Assembly (NCBI RefSeq): GCF_009834535.1
Contig: NC_045697.1
Location: 95,482,001-95,546,000, forward strand
DNA: 64,000 nucleotides
Direction: 5' to 3'
Source: Camelus ferus
Taxonomy: Eukaryota
Every line of letters starts with the position of its first letter. Within the stretch, counting starts at the first letter, position 1. The notes beneath the pieces are model-generated. The model made no database searches. It saw nothing but the letters and a program-made list of their open reading frames with translations, and was not told the DNA's origin. The translations under genes were made by a program, and so were the position numbers. Below are positions 34,023 to 46,245 of this stretch, in pieces.

Positions 34023-36683
34023 GTTTTTTTTTTTAATTGAAGTATAGTCAGTTTACAATGTTGTGTCAATTTCTGGTGTACAGCATAATGTTTCAGTCAT
34101 ACTTATACATACATATATTCATTTTTGTATTTTTCATTATCGGTTACTATAAGATATTGGGTAGAGTTCTCTGTGCTATACAGTATAAACTTGTTGTTTA
34201 TCTATTTTATATATATTAGTTAGTATTTGCAAATCTCATAGTCCCAATTTATCTCTTCCCACCCCTTCCTCTTCTGGTAACTGTAAGTTTGTTTTCTATG
34301 TCTGTGAGTCTGTTTCTGTTTTGTAAATAAGTTCTTTTGTCTTTTTTTTTTTTTTTTTTTTTTTTAGGTTCCACATATAAGTGATATCATATGATATTTT
34401 TCTTTCTCTTTCTGGCTTACTTCACTTAGAATGACAATCTCCAGGTCCATCCATGTTGCTGCAAATGGCATTAGTTTATTATTTATTATGGCTGAATAGT
34501 ATTCCATTGTATGAATATACCATAGCTTCTTTATCCAGTCATCTGTCAATGGACATTTAGGTTGTTTCCATGTCTTGCCTATTGTAAATAGTACTGCTGT
34601 GAACATTGGGGTGCAGGTATCTTTTTGAATTAAGGTTCCCTCTAGATACATGCCCAGAAGTGGAATTGCTGGATCATATGGTAAATCTATTTTTAGTCTT
34701 TTGAGGAATCTCCGTACTGTTTTCCATAATGACTGCACCAAACTACATTCCCACCAACAATGTAGGAGGGTTCCCTTTTCTCCACACCTTCTCCAGCATT
34801 TATCATTAGTGGACTTTTGAATGATGGCCATTCTGACTGGTGTGAGGTGATAATTTCGTTGTAGTTTTGATCTGCATTTCTCTGATAATTAGTGATATTG
34901 AGCATTTTTTCATATGCCTATTGGCTATTTTTATGTCTGTATTGGAGAATTGTTTGTTTAGGTCTTCTGCCCATTTTTGGATTGGGTTGTTTGCTTTTTT
35001 TCTTAAGTTGTACAAGCTGTTTATATATTCTGGAAATTAAGCCCTTGCCAGTCTCATCATTTGCAAATATTTTCTCCCATTCCATAGGTTGTCTTTTTGT
35101 TTTGTTTATGGTTTCCTCTGCTGTGCAAAATCTTATAAGTTTAATTAGGTCCCATTTGTTTATTTTTACTTCTATTTCTATTGCTTAGGTAGACTGCCCT
35201 AGAACATTGCTAAAGTTTGTCAGATGATGTTATGCCTATGTTTTCTTTTAAGAGGTTTATAGAGTCTTGTCTTATGTTTAAGTCTTTAAGTCATTTTAAG
35301 TTTATTTTGTATATTGTGTAAATCAATTCTAGCTTCATTGATTTACATGCAGCTGTCCAGTTTCCCCAGCACTATTTGCTAAAGAGACTGTCTTTACTCT
35401 ATTGTATGTTTTTGCCTCCTTTGTTAAAGATTAATTGACCAAAAGTTTGTGGGCTTATTTCTGGGCCCTCTATTCTGTTCCATTGATCCATATGTCTGTT
35501 TTTGTATCAGTACCATGCTGTTTTGATTGCTGTAGCTCTGTAGTATTGTCTGAAGTCTGGGAGGGTTATTCCTCCAGCTTCATTCTTTTTCTTCAATAGT
35601 GCTTCAGCAATTCTGGGTCTTTTCCAATTCCATATAACTTTTAAGATTATTTGTTCTATTTCTGTGAAAAATTTCCTGGGTAATTTGATAGGGATCATAT
35701 TAAATCTGTAGGTTGTTTTGGGTAGTATGGCCATTTTTACAGTATTCTTTCAATTGAAGAACATGGGATATCTTTCCATTTCTTTAAATCATCTTTTATT
35801 TCCTTAATCAGTGTTTTTTAGTTCTCTGTGTATAAGCCTTTCACTTTCTTGGTCAGATTTATTCCTAAGTACTTTTTTTTTTGATGTAATTTTAAAAGGA
35901 ATTGTTCATTTACTTTCCTTTTCTGATATTTCATTGTTAGTATAAAGAAATGCCACTGATTTCTGTATGTTAATCTTGTATCCTGCTACCTTGCCAAATC
36001 ATTTTATCAGCTCTAGTAGTTTTTGTGTGGAGCCTTTAGGGGTTTCTGTATAATATCATGTCATCCACATATAGTGACAATTTTGCATGTTTTCTTCCAA
36101 TTTGGATCCCTTTCATTTCTTTTTCTTGTCTAATTTTTATGGCTAGGACTTCCAATAGTATATTGAATAGAAATGTGAGAGTGGGAATCCTTGTCTTGTT
36201 CTGGATTTTAGTGGGAAGGCCTTCAAGTTTTCACTGTTGAGTATTGTGCTGGCTGTAGGTTTGTCGTAAAGAGCTTTTGTTATGTTGAGATCTGTTCCCT
36301 TTGTACCCACTTTGGTTAGAGTTTTTATCATAAATGACTGTTGAATTTTATCAAGTACTTTTTCTGCATCTATTGAGATGATCATGTTGTTTTTGTCCTT
36401 TCTCTTGTTGATTTGCTGTATCACATTGATTGATTTGCATGTGTTGAACCATCCTTGAGTCCCTGGGATGAATCCAATTTGGTCATGGTGTATAATCTTT
36501 TTTATGTGTTGTTGGATTCTGTTTGCTGGTATTTTGTTGAGGATTTTTGCATCTATGTTCATCAGTGATATTGGCTTATAGTTTTCTTTTTTGGTTGTGT
36601 ATTTGTCTGGCTTTGTTATCAGGGTGATTGTGACTTTATAGATGAGTTTGGGAGTATTCTCTTCAATCTTTTGGAAGAGTTTG
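34023..36683 (-). mobile_element. 5'-truncated lineage-specific L1, ORF2 disrupted
   Basis: ORF fragments give the L1 RT ([33 protein letters not shown]) and C-terminal domain ([30 protein letters not shown]); polyT at 34,024; frameshifts. Confidence 0.97.
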
Positions 36684-39600
36684 CTTTTTATTACCATTTG
36701 CTTTTTATTACTGTATATCCTAACTATTGACTTGCCATTCTGTTCTAAAAACTCCGAGCTACAAATGAAGATAGCTCAAATTTTAATCCATTTCTTAAAA
36801 TGCCAGCTTCTCTAACTCTACTCAATGACTATTTTCATCATCTTCACCAATTAGCAGCAGTACAGACTTCAGCAACAGCAGTAACAACTAAGTATAAAAG
36901 CAAATGTTTACCCTGTAGTTACTATAGTCCAGCTACTATTCTAATACATATAATTTTTATATAATCAGAGTATATGCTATCATCATTTTAGAAATAAAGA
37001 AATTGATGCATGGAAAGTTAATTTGTCCTAGATTACCTAATCAATAAATTCAAAAACAGATTTAATATAATTGTGGCTTTGAGTTCATCTAATTCAATAT
37101 AATGGAATAAGACTATCAGTTGAGAGTGAAAAAACAAATAGAATATAAGATAGATAAAAAAATCATATTAATTTTAAGTTAGAAAGAATGGTACCCAGAA
37201 TATTAATAATGCATTTATCTATTTTTATACTTTGGTGGTAAATATGGCTATTTATGAAATGAGAATTAAAATAATGGTTTTAAATTATGAAAATATCCCA
37301 TCCACTTACAGATATCTAAACTGATTTCTTAAATGACTCAGAATAGTTTTAAAAAAACACTGAGATTGTAACAGAGTTGGTGCTAAAATTAATACTTTTT
37401 CAACTCCCACTTGCTTTTTTTCTCTAGTATACTATGTCTGATTTTAACATAGATGTTTGTAGATATTCTTGCTAATTTTTTTCCTGTTTATATCGAGGCA
37501 CTTACTATGTACTGATTACCACACTATATGGTCAATTTTGTCAATTCCTTTTCACAGTAACAGTAGAGCAAATCTTATCATCCCAATTATTAAGATAGAG
37601 AAACTGAATTACAATAAATATAAGTAACCTTCCCATGGCCAATAGATTTAAAACTTCAAAGCCCTTGGTTTCAGCAGTGATGTTATATTGCCTCTTCTTA
37701 AATTATTTCATTAACAAGAGAATTGTAAGTAGGTCATTGATGTCTTCTCAGTTGGTTTCCATTGGCTTCTGAGTTAATACTAAAAACATATCATTTTAAA
37801 AATGACTGGTTTTCATTTACGTTTTCAACTCTCTTCTGTCTCTTCCCCTCTTCCTTTTCCTTGTTTTTCCCTCTTTTTTCTCATCTCTACTTCCTTTTCC
37901 TCACATTTCATTTCATCATCTTACCCTCCTCCATCTTATTCCTTTCTTCCTCTTCTTTCTTGAGATGAGACTGAAATTCTGTCCATCTCTCTCTCAGAAT
38001 CAGTAGCTGCAGATGTTTCTGCATAATACATTTTCTAAACACCACTTAAGTATGGAAATACTGAGAATTTTAAAAGCATACCATGGAATGCAGCTGTGTC
38101 ATTTATTAGGGGCAGAAAAATTAACATTTTGGTTCTCTTATCTCACAAATGGGCAACGTGACAGCGTATTTTCTATAGTAAACAAATATATTTTCTGTCC
38201 AGATATACTCCAGAGAAAATTTCTTTTATCAGCTTCCACCATGTACCTGAGAAGTTTCCAAATTAAGTATGTATGCCAATATGTTTGTTAGAAAATACAC
38301 TAATTTTCTAAGAGAAAATTATTCCAACTTTAATTTGATTCAGAAGTATTAATTGAACAGCTAAAACATACAAAAGAACTATAGCAGTTGGAATACATGA
38401 TTTTATTCATCTTTTGATCTCAAACACTATAGTATTTTAACCAAGGTGAATTTAAAAGCAATCTTTATTTCCTTACTAGCACAATATGTGAGTTTAAACT
38501 GAGTATTCAGCTTTGAAACCAAATACTGCTGTCCTCTCTCACCGTTTTGCTAAATTTTTATTTTTTTCTCAAAATGGAACTGCCGTTCTTTCTCCCCAGT
38601 TCATAAATATTCCCATATAACAGATTTATAACTACAAAGTAGTTAGGATGAGAAAGAAAACATAGTTATCCCAAGACGAATAAGAAGCACTGATTCCATG
38701 TTGTTCAAATTATGCATACATGTATGTTACATATGTCTATAAAATTTAGCCTTTAAAATATGTAATGTTTAAATCTTTGACACCTGTACTCATTTATAAA
38801 AGCACCATTTTACTATTTAATAAAATTTTAAATTTCGCTTTATATTTCATCATGGCAACATTGAAATCCAAAATTTTAGGTATATTTAAACACCCAAAGC
38901 ATAGAAATGTTTGTAGAATGTGACAACCGTCATACGTGCTATATACATGTTTATGAAGGAGGGTCAACGTGGAAACTTATGTGTAGCGTTAGAGTGGCTT
39001 AGCACAGTATGCCAGGCAGAGAAATTTATTTGAAAGTAAAAATGAAAGTGTTAGACATTTGCTTGAATTTTTGGCGCCGGCTCATGTCCTGGTGGGCCCC
39101 AAATGAAGCCCCTTATTGTTTTTCTGTGATTCATCTTGGAGCTGACAGAGGTGCAAGTTGCGAGTCACAGCTTGCATATCACGCCTTAGGATGACAAAGC
39201 GCAATAAAAACAATTATTTCGAAACCCGTATCTCATCCATTATTAAATCTATGAAAAGAGTTTTAATTTCCTGTGCAATTACATAGTGAAATGTCATACT
39301 CTGGATGAAAAAGATTAATTGCTTTTGATAAAGTACTGTGTATTTTTGTTTGACTTTTTGGATACCCATTTAATGTAGAAATATCATTTCAATCTAATGT
39401 GCTTCATAGCACACAGAACTCTTGTAATTTTGCAGAGGAAATATTGTTTAATTATTTTCTTTCCTCATAAAAGAGTAAGAATAAAATATTAATTCTTCTT
39501 GGCTCAGAAAACACAAGCCACACTTTTTTTTTTAAATCACATTGGAGACTCTTACAAATGAGCTATAGGAAAATATGATTAATGTATTTCACAAGAGGTT

Positions 39601-41139
39601 CATAAGATTACCTCGAGGAACATTTATATGTCATGTGTAGACACAAATTACAATTTCAATCATTTGTATTTGTTTTCTACTTACCAATTATTATTAAGTA
39701 ATCCATAACAATGACCAGTCACTTTCTTCCTGTCACAAATGTGACATCAGTTTATTCTCTCATAAAGGCTCAACTAATGGCAAATAAATCTTCAGGAAAA
39801 TAAACTGTCCAGTTACTTGTAGCTGTACTTTACATAGTGACAGAACCAAGAGACCCCTGTGAGAGTGAAAATAGCATGTCAGAAATAGTGGACTAGAGGG
39901 CACTTATGACATTTTGACCTGTTGCATCTACTCCACTAAATGCTTGGCTGTGTTGGAATTTAATTATTCTCTTATGTTTCTAAAAATAGCTGGAATAGGC
40001 ATTCGACAGGAAATGAATAATTTAACATTTTCACCTTTCCACAGAGAAAATATAATATTTGGTAGTATTCAGTCTTCAAGTGTCCACTGATGTTAAATAG
40101 CAAATAATAAAAATATGAAATAATGCATAGAGACAACATTCAAAATAATTGTAATACAAGGGAGAGACCACACTGTATTTGCAGCAGTTTAAGATGATGG
40201 GCAGTCTGGGCCCTGGCAAAATGTGTTGTAGGTCAGGAGTGAGTTTGATTGGCACACATGCTTTGGAAAGCTTACACAGTACCTCATCTATCAAAAACTA
40301 ATATGGGAAATTGTAAGCCTTAAAATCAGTTCATTTATTTTTTTCCCAGAATTATAAATCAACTAGAGTCATTTCATATCCCACATTTTCCTCCCTTTTG
40401 CTGATTTATGAAAAAAAAAAAAAGCTGGAAAAAAGTAAATGGTAGAAGATTGCCTTTTCAGAGGTGACAAGGAAAAAAGCATTTCAGAGAAAGCATATTG
40501 AGTACCAGTAATAAAATGTCCATATTCACTTATAATTTTGAAATACCTGCTTGGGTAAAACGTGAAAAGAAAATTTACTTTGCATATATAAGACATTATT
40601 TGTCAGTAATAAAGTATTGGTCATCTCTCCATTGCTGCATTTAAGGAAATATCAATAAGCCTATTTCCCCACTGTAATGTGAATTGGAAAATTGAAGTTA
40701 CTCAATTTGGTGTCTATGTAAATTTAACCCTTTAATTCATAGTGTAAATTGAAAAAATATAAACTTATCTAACTTTTAAGTGTCACATTCAAATTTTTAT
40801 ATAATTTATAGATTCCTGGAATAAACATTATACATATATTAATTGATAGGCTACAGTTCCAATATCTGAGCTCATTGTAATACAAAACTGAAAAGGTTTT
40901 AATGGGAAATTATATGTGATGTTTTAAGGATAATATTTGAGCTGTGAGTGCAAAGAGTGAGACATAAATATTTGTAGTTTCTTGTCTCTCTCCAAGACAT
41001 TCATACACAGACACATGCTATAATTACCCAACTTTATTTAAAAGACTTTAATAAATCAATAGTTTCTTAATTTTAAACATGCATAGATAAATACAATAAA
41101 TACATAAAGGCCTATCACACAGTGGCCATTTAATTTTGT

Positions 41140-42863
41140 TTTTAGTTTTATATATATATTTCTTATCGTATTATTTTTTTCAAACTTTTTTATTATAGTC
41201 ATTTTAGAATGCTGTTGTCAAATTCCAGTGTAGAGCACAATTTTTCAGTTATAGATGAACATACATATATTCATTGTCACTTTTTTTTTTTTTTGCTGTG
41301 AGCTACCACAATATCTTGAATGTATTTCCCTGTGCTATACACTATAATCTTGTTAATCTATTCAACATATGCCTGTCAGTATCTACAAATTTTGAACTCC
41401 TAGTCTATGCCTTCCCACCCTCTTCTGCCTTGGCAACCACAAGTTTGTATTCTATGTCTGCAAGTCTGTTACTGTTTTGTATTTATGTTCTTTTTCTTTT
41501 TTAGATTCCACATATGAGCGATCTCATATGTATTTTTCTTAATCTTTCTGGCTTACTTCACTTAGAATGACATTCTCCAGGAATATCCATGTTGCTACAA
41601 ATGGCATTATGTTGTTGGTTTTTATGGCTGAATAGTATTCCATTGTATAAATATAGCACATCTTCTTTATCCAGTCATCTGTTGATGGATATTTAGGCTG
41701 TTTCTATGTCTTGACTATTGTAAATAGTGCTGCTATGAACATTGGGGTGCAGGTGTCTTTTTGAAGTAGGGTTCCTTCTGGATATATGCCCAGGAGCAGG
41801 ATTCCCAGGTCATATGGTAAGTCTATTCCTAGTCTTTTGAGGAATCTCCATACTATTTTCCACAGTGGCTGCACCAAACTGCATTCCCACCAGCAGTGAA
41901 GGAGGGTTTCCTTTTCTCCACAGCCTCTCCAGCATTTGTCATTTGTGAACTTTTGAATGATGGCCATTCTGACTGGTGTGAGGTGATACCTTGTTGTATT
42001 TTTGATTTGCATTTCTCTGATAATTAGTGATATTGAACATTTTTTCATGTGCCTATCGATCAATTGTACTTCTTCCTTGGAGAATTGCTTGCTTAGGTCT
42101 TTGGCCCATTTTTGAATTGGGTTGTTTGTTTTTTTCTTATTAAGTCATATGAGCTGCTTATATATTCTGGAGATCAAGCCTTTGTCTGTTTCATCATTTG
42201 CAAAATTTTTATCCCATTCCATAGATTGTTGTTTTGTTTAACTTATGGTTTCCTTTGCTGCATAGAAGCTTGTAAATTTAATTACGTCCCATTTGTTTAT
42301 TCTTGTTTTTATTTCTATTGCTTGGGTAGACTGCCCTAGGAGAACATTTCTGAGATGTATGTGAGATAATGTTTTGCCTATATTTTCTTCTAGGAGGTTT
42401 ATTATATCTTATGTTTAAGTCTTTGATCCATTTTGAGTTTTTTTTTTTTTTGTATGATGTAAGGGAGTGTTCTAACTTCATTATTTACATGCTGCTATCC
42501 AGTTTTCCCAACAGCATTTGCTGAAGACACTGTCTTTATTCCATTGTATATTCTTGCCTCCTTTGTCGAAGATTAGTTGACCAAAAGTTTGTGGGTTCAT
42601 TTCTGGGCTCTCTATTCTGTTCCGTTGGTCCATATGTCTGTTTTTGTACCAATACCATGCTGTTTTGGTTACTGTAGCTCTATAATATTGTCTGAAGTCT
42701 AGGAGAGTTATTCCTCCAGCCTCTCTTTTTCTTCAGTAATATTTTGGCAATTCTAGGTCTTTTGTGGTTCCAAATAAATTTTATTATGATTTGTTTCAGT
42801 TCTGTGGAATATGTCCTCAGGAATTTGATAGGGATTACGTTAAATCTGTAGATTGCCTTGGGC
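41140..42863 (-). mobile_element. 5'-truncated young L1 (copy A, distinct 3' UTR)
   Basis: ORF 41704..42063 is the ORF2 C-terminus ([31 protein letters not shown]); 3' UTR differs from the 34 kb copy. Confidence 0.95.
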
Positions 42864-43828
42864 TATTTTTTTTTTTTTAATTAAGGTATAGTCAGTTTAC
42901 AATGTTGTGTCAATTTCTGGTGTAAAGCATAATACTTCAGTCATATATATACACACATATTTCTTTTCATATTTGTTTTCACCGTAGATGAAAACAACGT
43001 ATTGAATATAGTTCCCTGTGCTAATCAGAATGAACTTGTTGTTTATTTATTATATGTATCTGCAAATCTCAAACTCCCAATTTATCCTTTTTCACCTCCT
43101 TCCTTCTCTAGTATCCATAAGTTTATTTTCAATATCTGTGAGTCTGTTTCTGTTTTATAAATAAGTTCCTTTTTCTTTTGTTTTTTTAGATTCCACATAT
43201 AAGTGATATAATATGGTTTTTTTTTTCTCTTTCTGACTTACTTCTCTTAGAATGACAATCTGAAGGTTCATCCATGTTGCTGCAAATAGCATTATTATGT
43301 TTTTGTGGCTGAGCAGTATTCCATTGTATGAATAGACCACAGCTTCTTTATCCAGTCATCTGTCAATGGACATTTAGGTTGTTTCCATGTCTTGCCTATG
43401 GTAAATAGGTCTGCTGTGAACATTGGGGTGCAGGTATCTTTTTGAATTAAGGTTCCCTCTGGATACATGCCCAGGAGTGGGATTGCTGGATCATATGGTA
43501 AGTCTATTTTTAGTCTTTTGAGGAGTCTCCATACTGTTTTCCATAATGACTGCACCAAACTACATTCCCCCCAACAGTGTAGAAGGATTCCCCTTTCTCC
43601 ACAGCCTCTCCAGCATTTATTGTTTGTGAACTTTAGAATGATGGCCATTCTAACTAGTGTGAGGTGATGCCTTGTTTGATCTGCATTTCTCTGATAAGTA
43701 GTGATATTGAGCATTTTTTCATGTGCCTATTGGCCATTTGTATGTCTGTATTGGAGAATTGTTTGTTTAGGTCTTCTGCTCGTTTTTGGATTGGGTTGTT
43801 TGTTTTTTTATTATTAAGTTGTGTGAGC
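42864..43828 (-). mobile_element. 5'-truncated L1 (copy B)
   Basis: polyT at 42,866, 3' UTR, and ORF 43295..43714 giving the ORF2 C-terminus. Confidence 0.95.
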
Positions 43829-44019
43829 ACCACTTAATTTTATACCTATGACCAGCAATTTGCATATGCATATTAAAGAATGAAAGAGTTAAAGCATTGT
43901 GATTATACCTTGTTATATCTACAGAAACTAATGCATCATTTTTTATTTAAAAGGAAAACATTATACACAAATGTATCATTTTCCATTATAATTCAGTATT
44001 CTTGAAGCCCTTTTATTAA

Positions 44020-45232
44020 ATCAATTCTGAGCTCTTAAATTTAAGTTTCCTTAAATGTCTTTCTTCCTATCATTGAAATTGCTTTTTCTAAGGTCTGTGA
44101 TAACCTCCATCTTGCCAAATCTAGTTAGTAATCTTCTTTCCTCAAAATAATCCATATATCAGCTTGATTTTCAACATTCATATCTTTTCTCTAACTTTAC
44201 TCCTTCTGTAGGCAATCCGGTGATTCAAATATTTTATAATGATGACTGAGTTTTCTATCATGGCTTTATCCTTTCTTCTGAGCTCGTACTTTGTATCTGA
44301 CTGCCTACTCAGCAACCCTACTTAGATATCTAAAACATCTAAAAGCCAACATGTAGAAAACAGAGCTCACAGTCACAGCTGTACCAAATGCTGTCCCACC
44401 CCAATGTTCTTTCCTTTTCCCAGTAACTCTCTTGCAATCACTTATACAAGATATTGGGATATATTTTATTTCTCTGACACAATATATCACACCAGCTTCA
44501 ACATTATCACATCTAGTCAAGTCACCAACATCTGCCTGTGCTACCATGATGAACTCTTTATTGTTTCTTCTGTATCCTCGCTTACCTGTTTATATTTTTT
44601 TCTTCACAGAGTGGCTAAAGGTATATTTAAAAACAAAATTTGGAAAACAATATGCCCTTCCTTATGACATTTCAATGGATGCATGTTTATATTTAAAATA
44701 AAATCTTGACCCCTTCCAGTGGTCCACAAGGCATTGCATGATCAGATGCTGACGTCTTTCCACTTCATTCCCTACAATTGTCCCTCTTCCCCATTAACTA
44801 GATAAAATCCACATGAAACTCTGTGGTGTCCTTTGCAAATTCCAAACTTATTCTTCAGTTAAGAGCTTTATGTTAGCTGTTTTCTTGGCCCTTAAATTCT
44901 CTCTTTGAATCTTCCCAAGGATTGCTCATTCTTGACATTCCGTTCATTCCTTCATAACATTCTTGGCCTTGGCTCAAAGGCCATTTCCTCAGAAAACCCT
45001 GCTCTTAAAAAGCTTTTCAAAAACAGGGTTTCCCGCCAGTCTTTCTCTTTCCTAATATAACAGTTACCATCATTCAAAATTATCTTAGTTTCTGTTGTGT
45101 GTTCTTCCAGTTCTGGCGGCATGTGACTCTATGAGGGAAAACACATTTTTTCAACTACTATATTCCCAAGAACACACATAACCTATTATAGTAGCTCAAA
45201 GAAAATTCATTGAATAAATGAGTGAATGAATG
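44020..45232 (+). mobile_element. L2 3' fragment
   Basis: 'ctccatcttgccaaatc...gactgcctactcagca...' ending in the L2 tail 'ttgaataaatgagtgaatgaat'. Confidence 0.8.
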
Positions 45233-45586
45233 GCCTTTCTGCACAATGAGACATTTAGTGATTTTTGTACAGTACTAAGAAGCTGTCTGCCATAGTAGCT
45301 ACTCCTGTCTCCACAATAAGGCCCATTATGATAATTTAACCGGAAAAAAACTTTCCCTCAATAAGTACTTGTTCCAGGAAATGGTCAGTCATCAATATAG
45401 CTCCTTGCTATTCTGCTACTTACCCTAAGTGGTAAATTATATGACCATCAACAATATCCTATAATGGTATACGGGATATAATTACTTGAAAATTACCAAA
45501 TCAATTTTCATAGAGAAATAAAATCAACATACTCCATTTGCATAAAAAGAGAAAAAAAATCAAGTAATCCTATGTATGAGTGCAAT

Positions 45587-46245
45587 TGTTGCCAATAGAT
45601 GTAATCGGTATCTAGGTTCCTGCCCCTTCCCAGAAAGAATTCATAAAAGAGATGCAGAGGTTAAGAAAGTAAGTGAGGGTTTATTAAGCCTTAGATAGTA
45701 CACTCTCAAGGGGAGAGTGGGCAGGCTTAGGTGAGCAGCAACCCTGGGTTTTTTTTTTTTTTGCAAGTTGGTTACATAGAGTGTAAAAATGAATGGGTGG
45801 AATAGTCACTGGCGGAGGGAAGGGTTTGGGGTTGTATTCCTTGATTTTTCATCCCAATTCCACCTTCCTGAGGGAAGGAGGGACTTTTGTCCTTATTTAG
45901 TCTGGATCAGAAGTGTCATGGCATCAGTGCATGATGGATACTTCTAATCTGCAAGGCTAGTTTTATTGTAATAAGGACATAATGAACAAAAGGTTACATT
46001 TGGGCACTGCAGATACCTGCCTTTTCTCACCTTTCTTTGTCAGCCTCCAGGCCCTCATTACCCCAAAAGCTGTGACCACTTATGAGCCCAGAGGTTCCTG
46101 CTTTTCTTTGCCTAAGGACCTCTGGTGCTTAGTTAATGTATTGTTTTCTGTATTTGGCCCTTGCCCCTCCTTTCTGCCCAATTCCTGTCATTTGGTCTGT
46201 GGCCTCCTTTCTCTGCTCATATCTAGCTATCTGCCTGCTCTAACA
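45587..46245 (-). mobile_element. Solo LTR, ERV1-like, 659 bp
   Basis: Termini tgtt...aaca; 4-bp near-TSD caat/cagt; minus-strand AATAAA at ~45,681. Confidence 0.75.
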
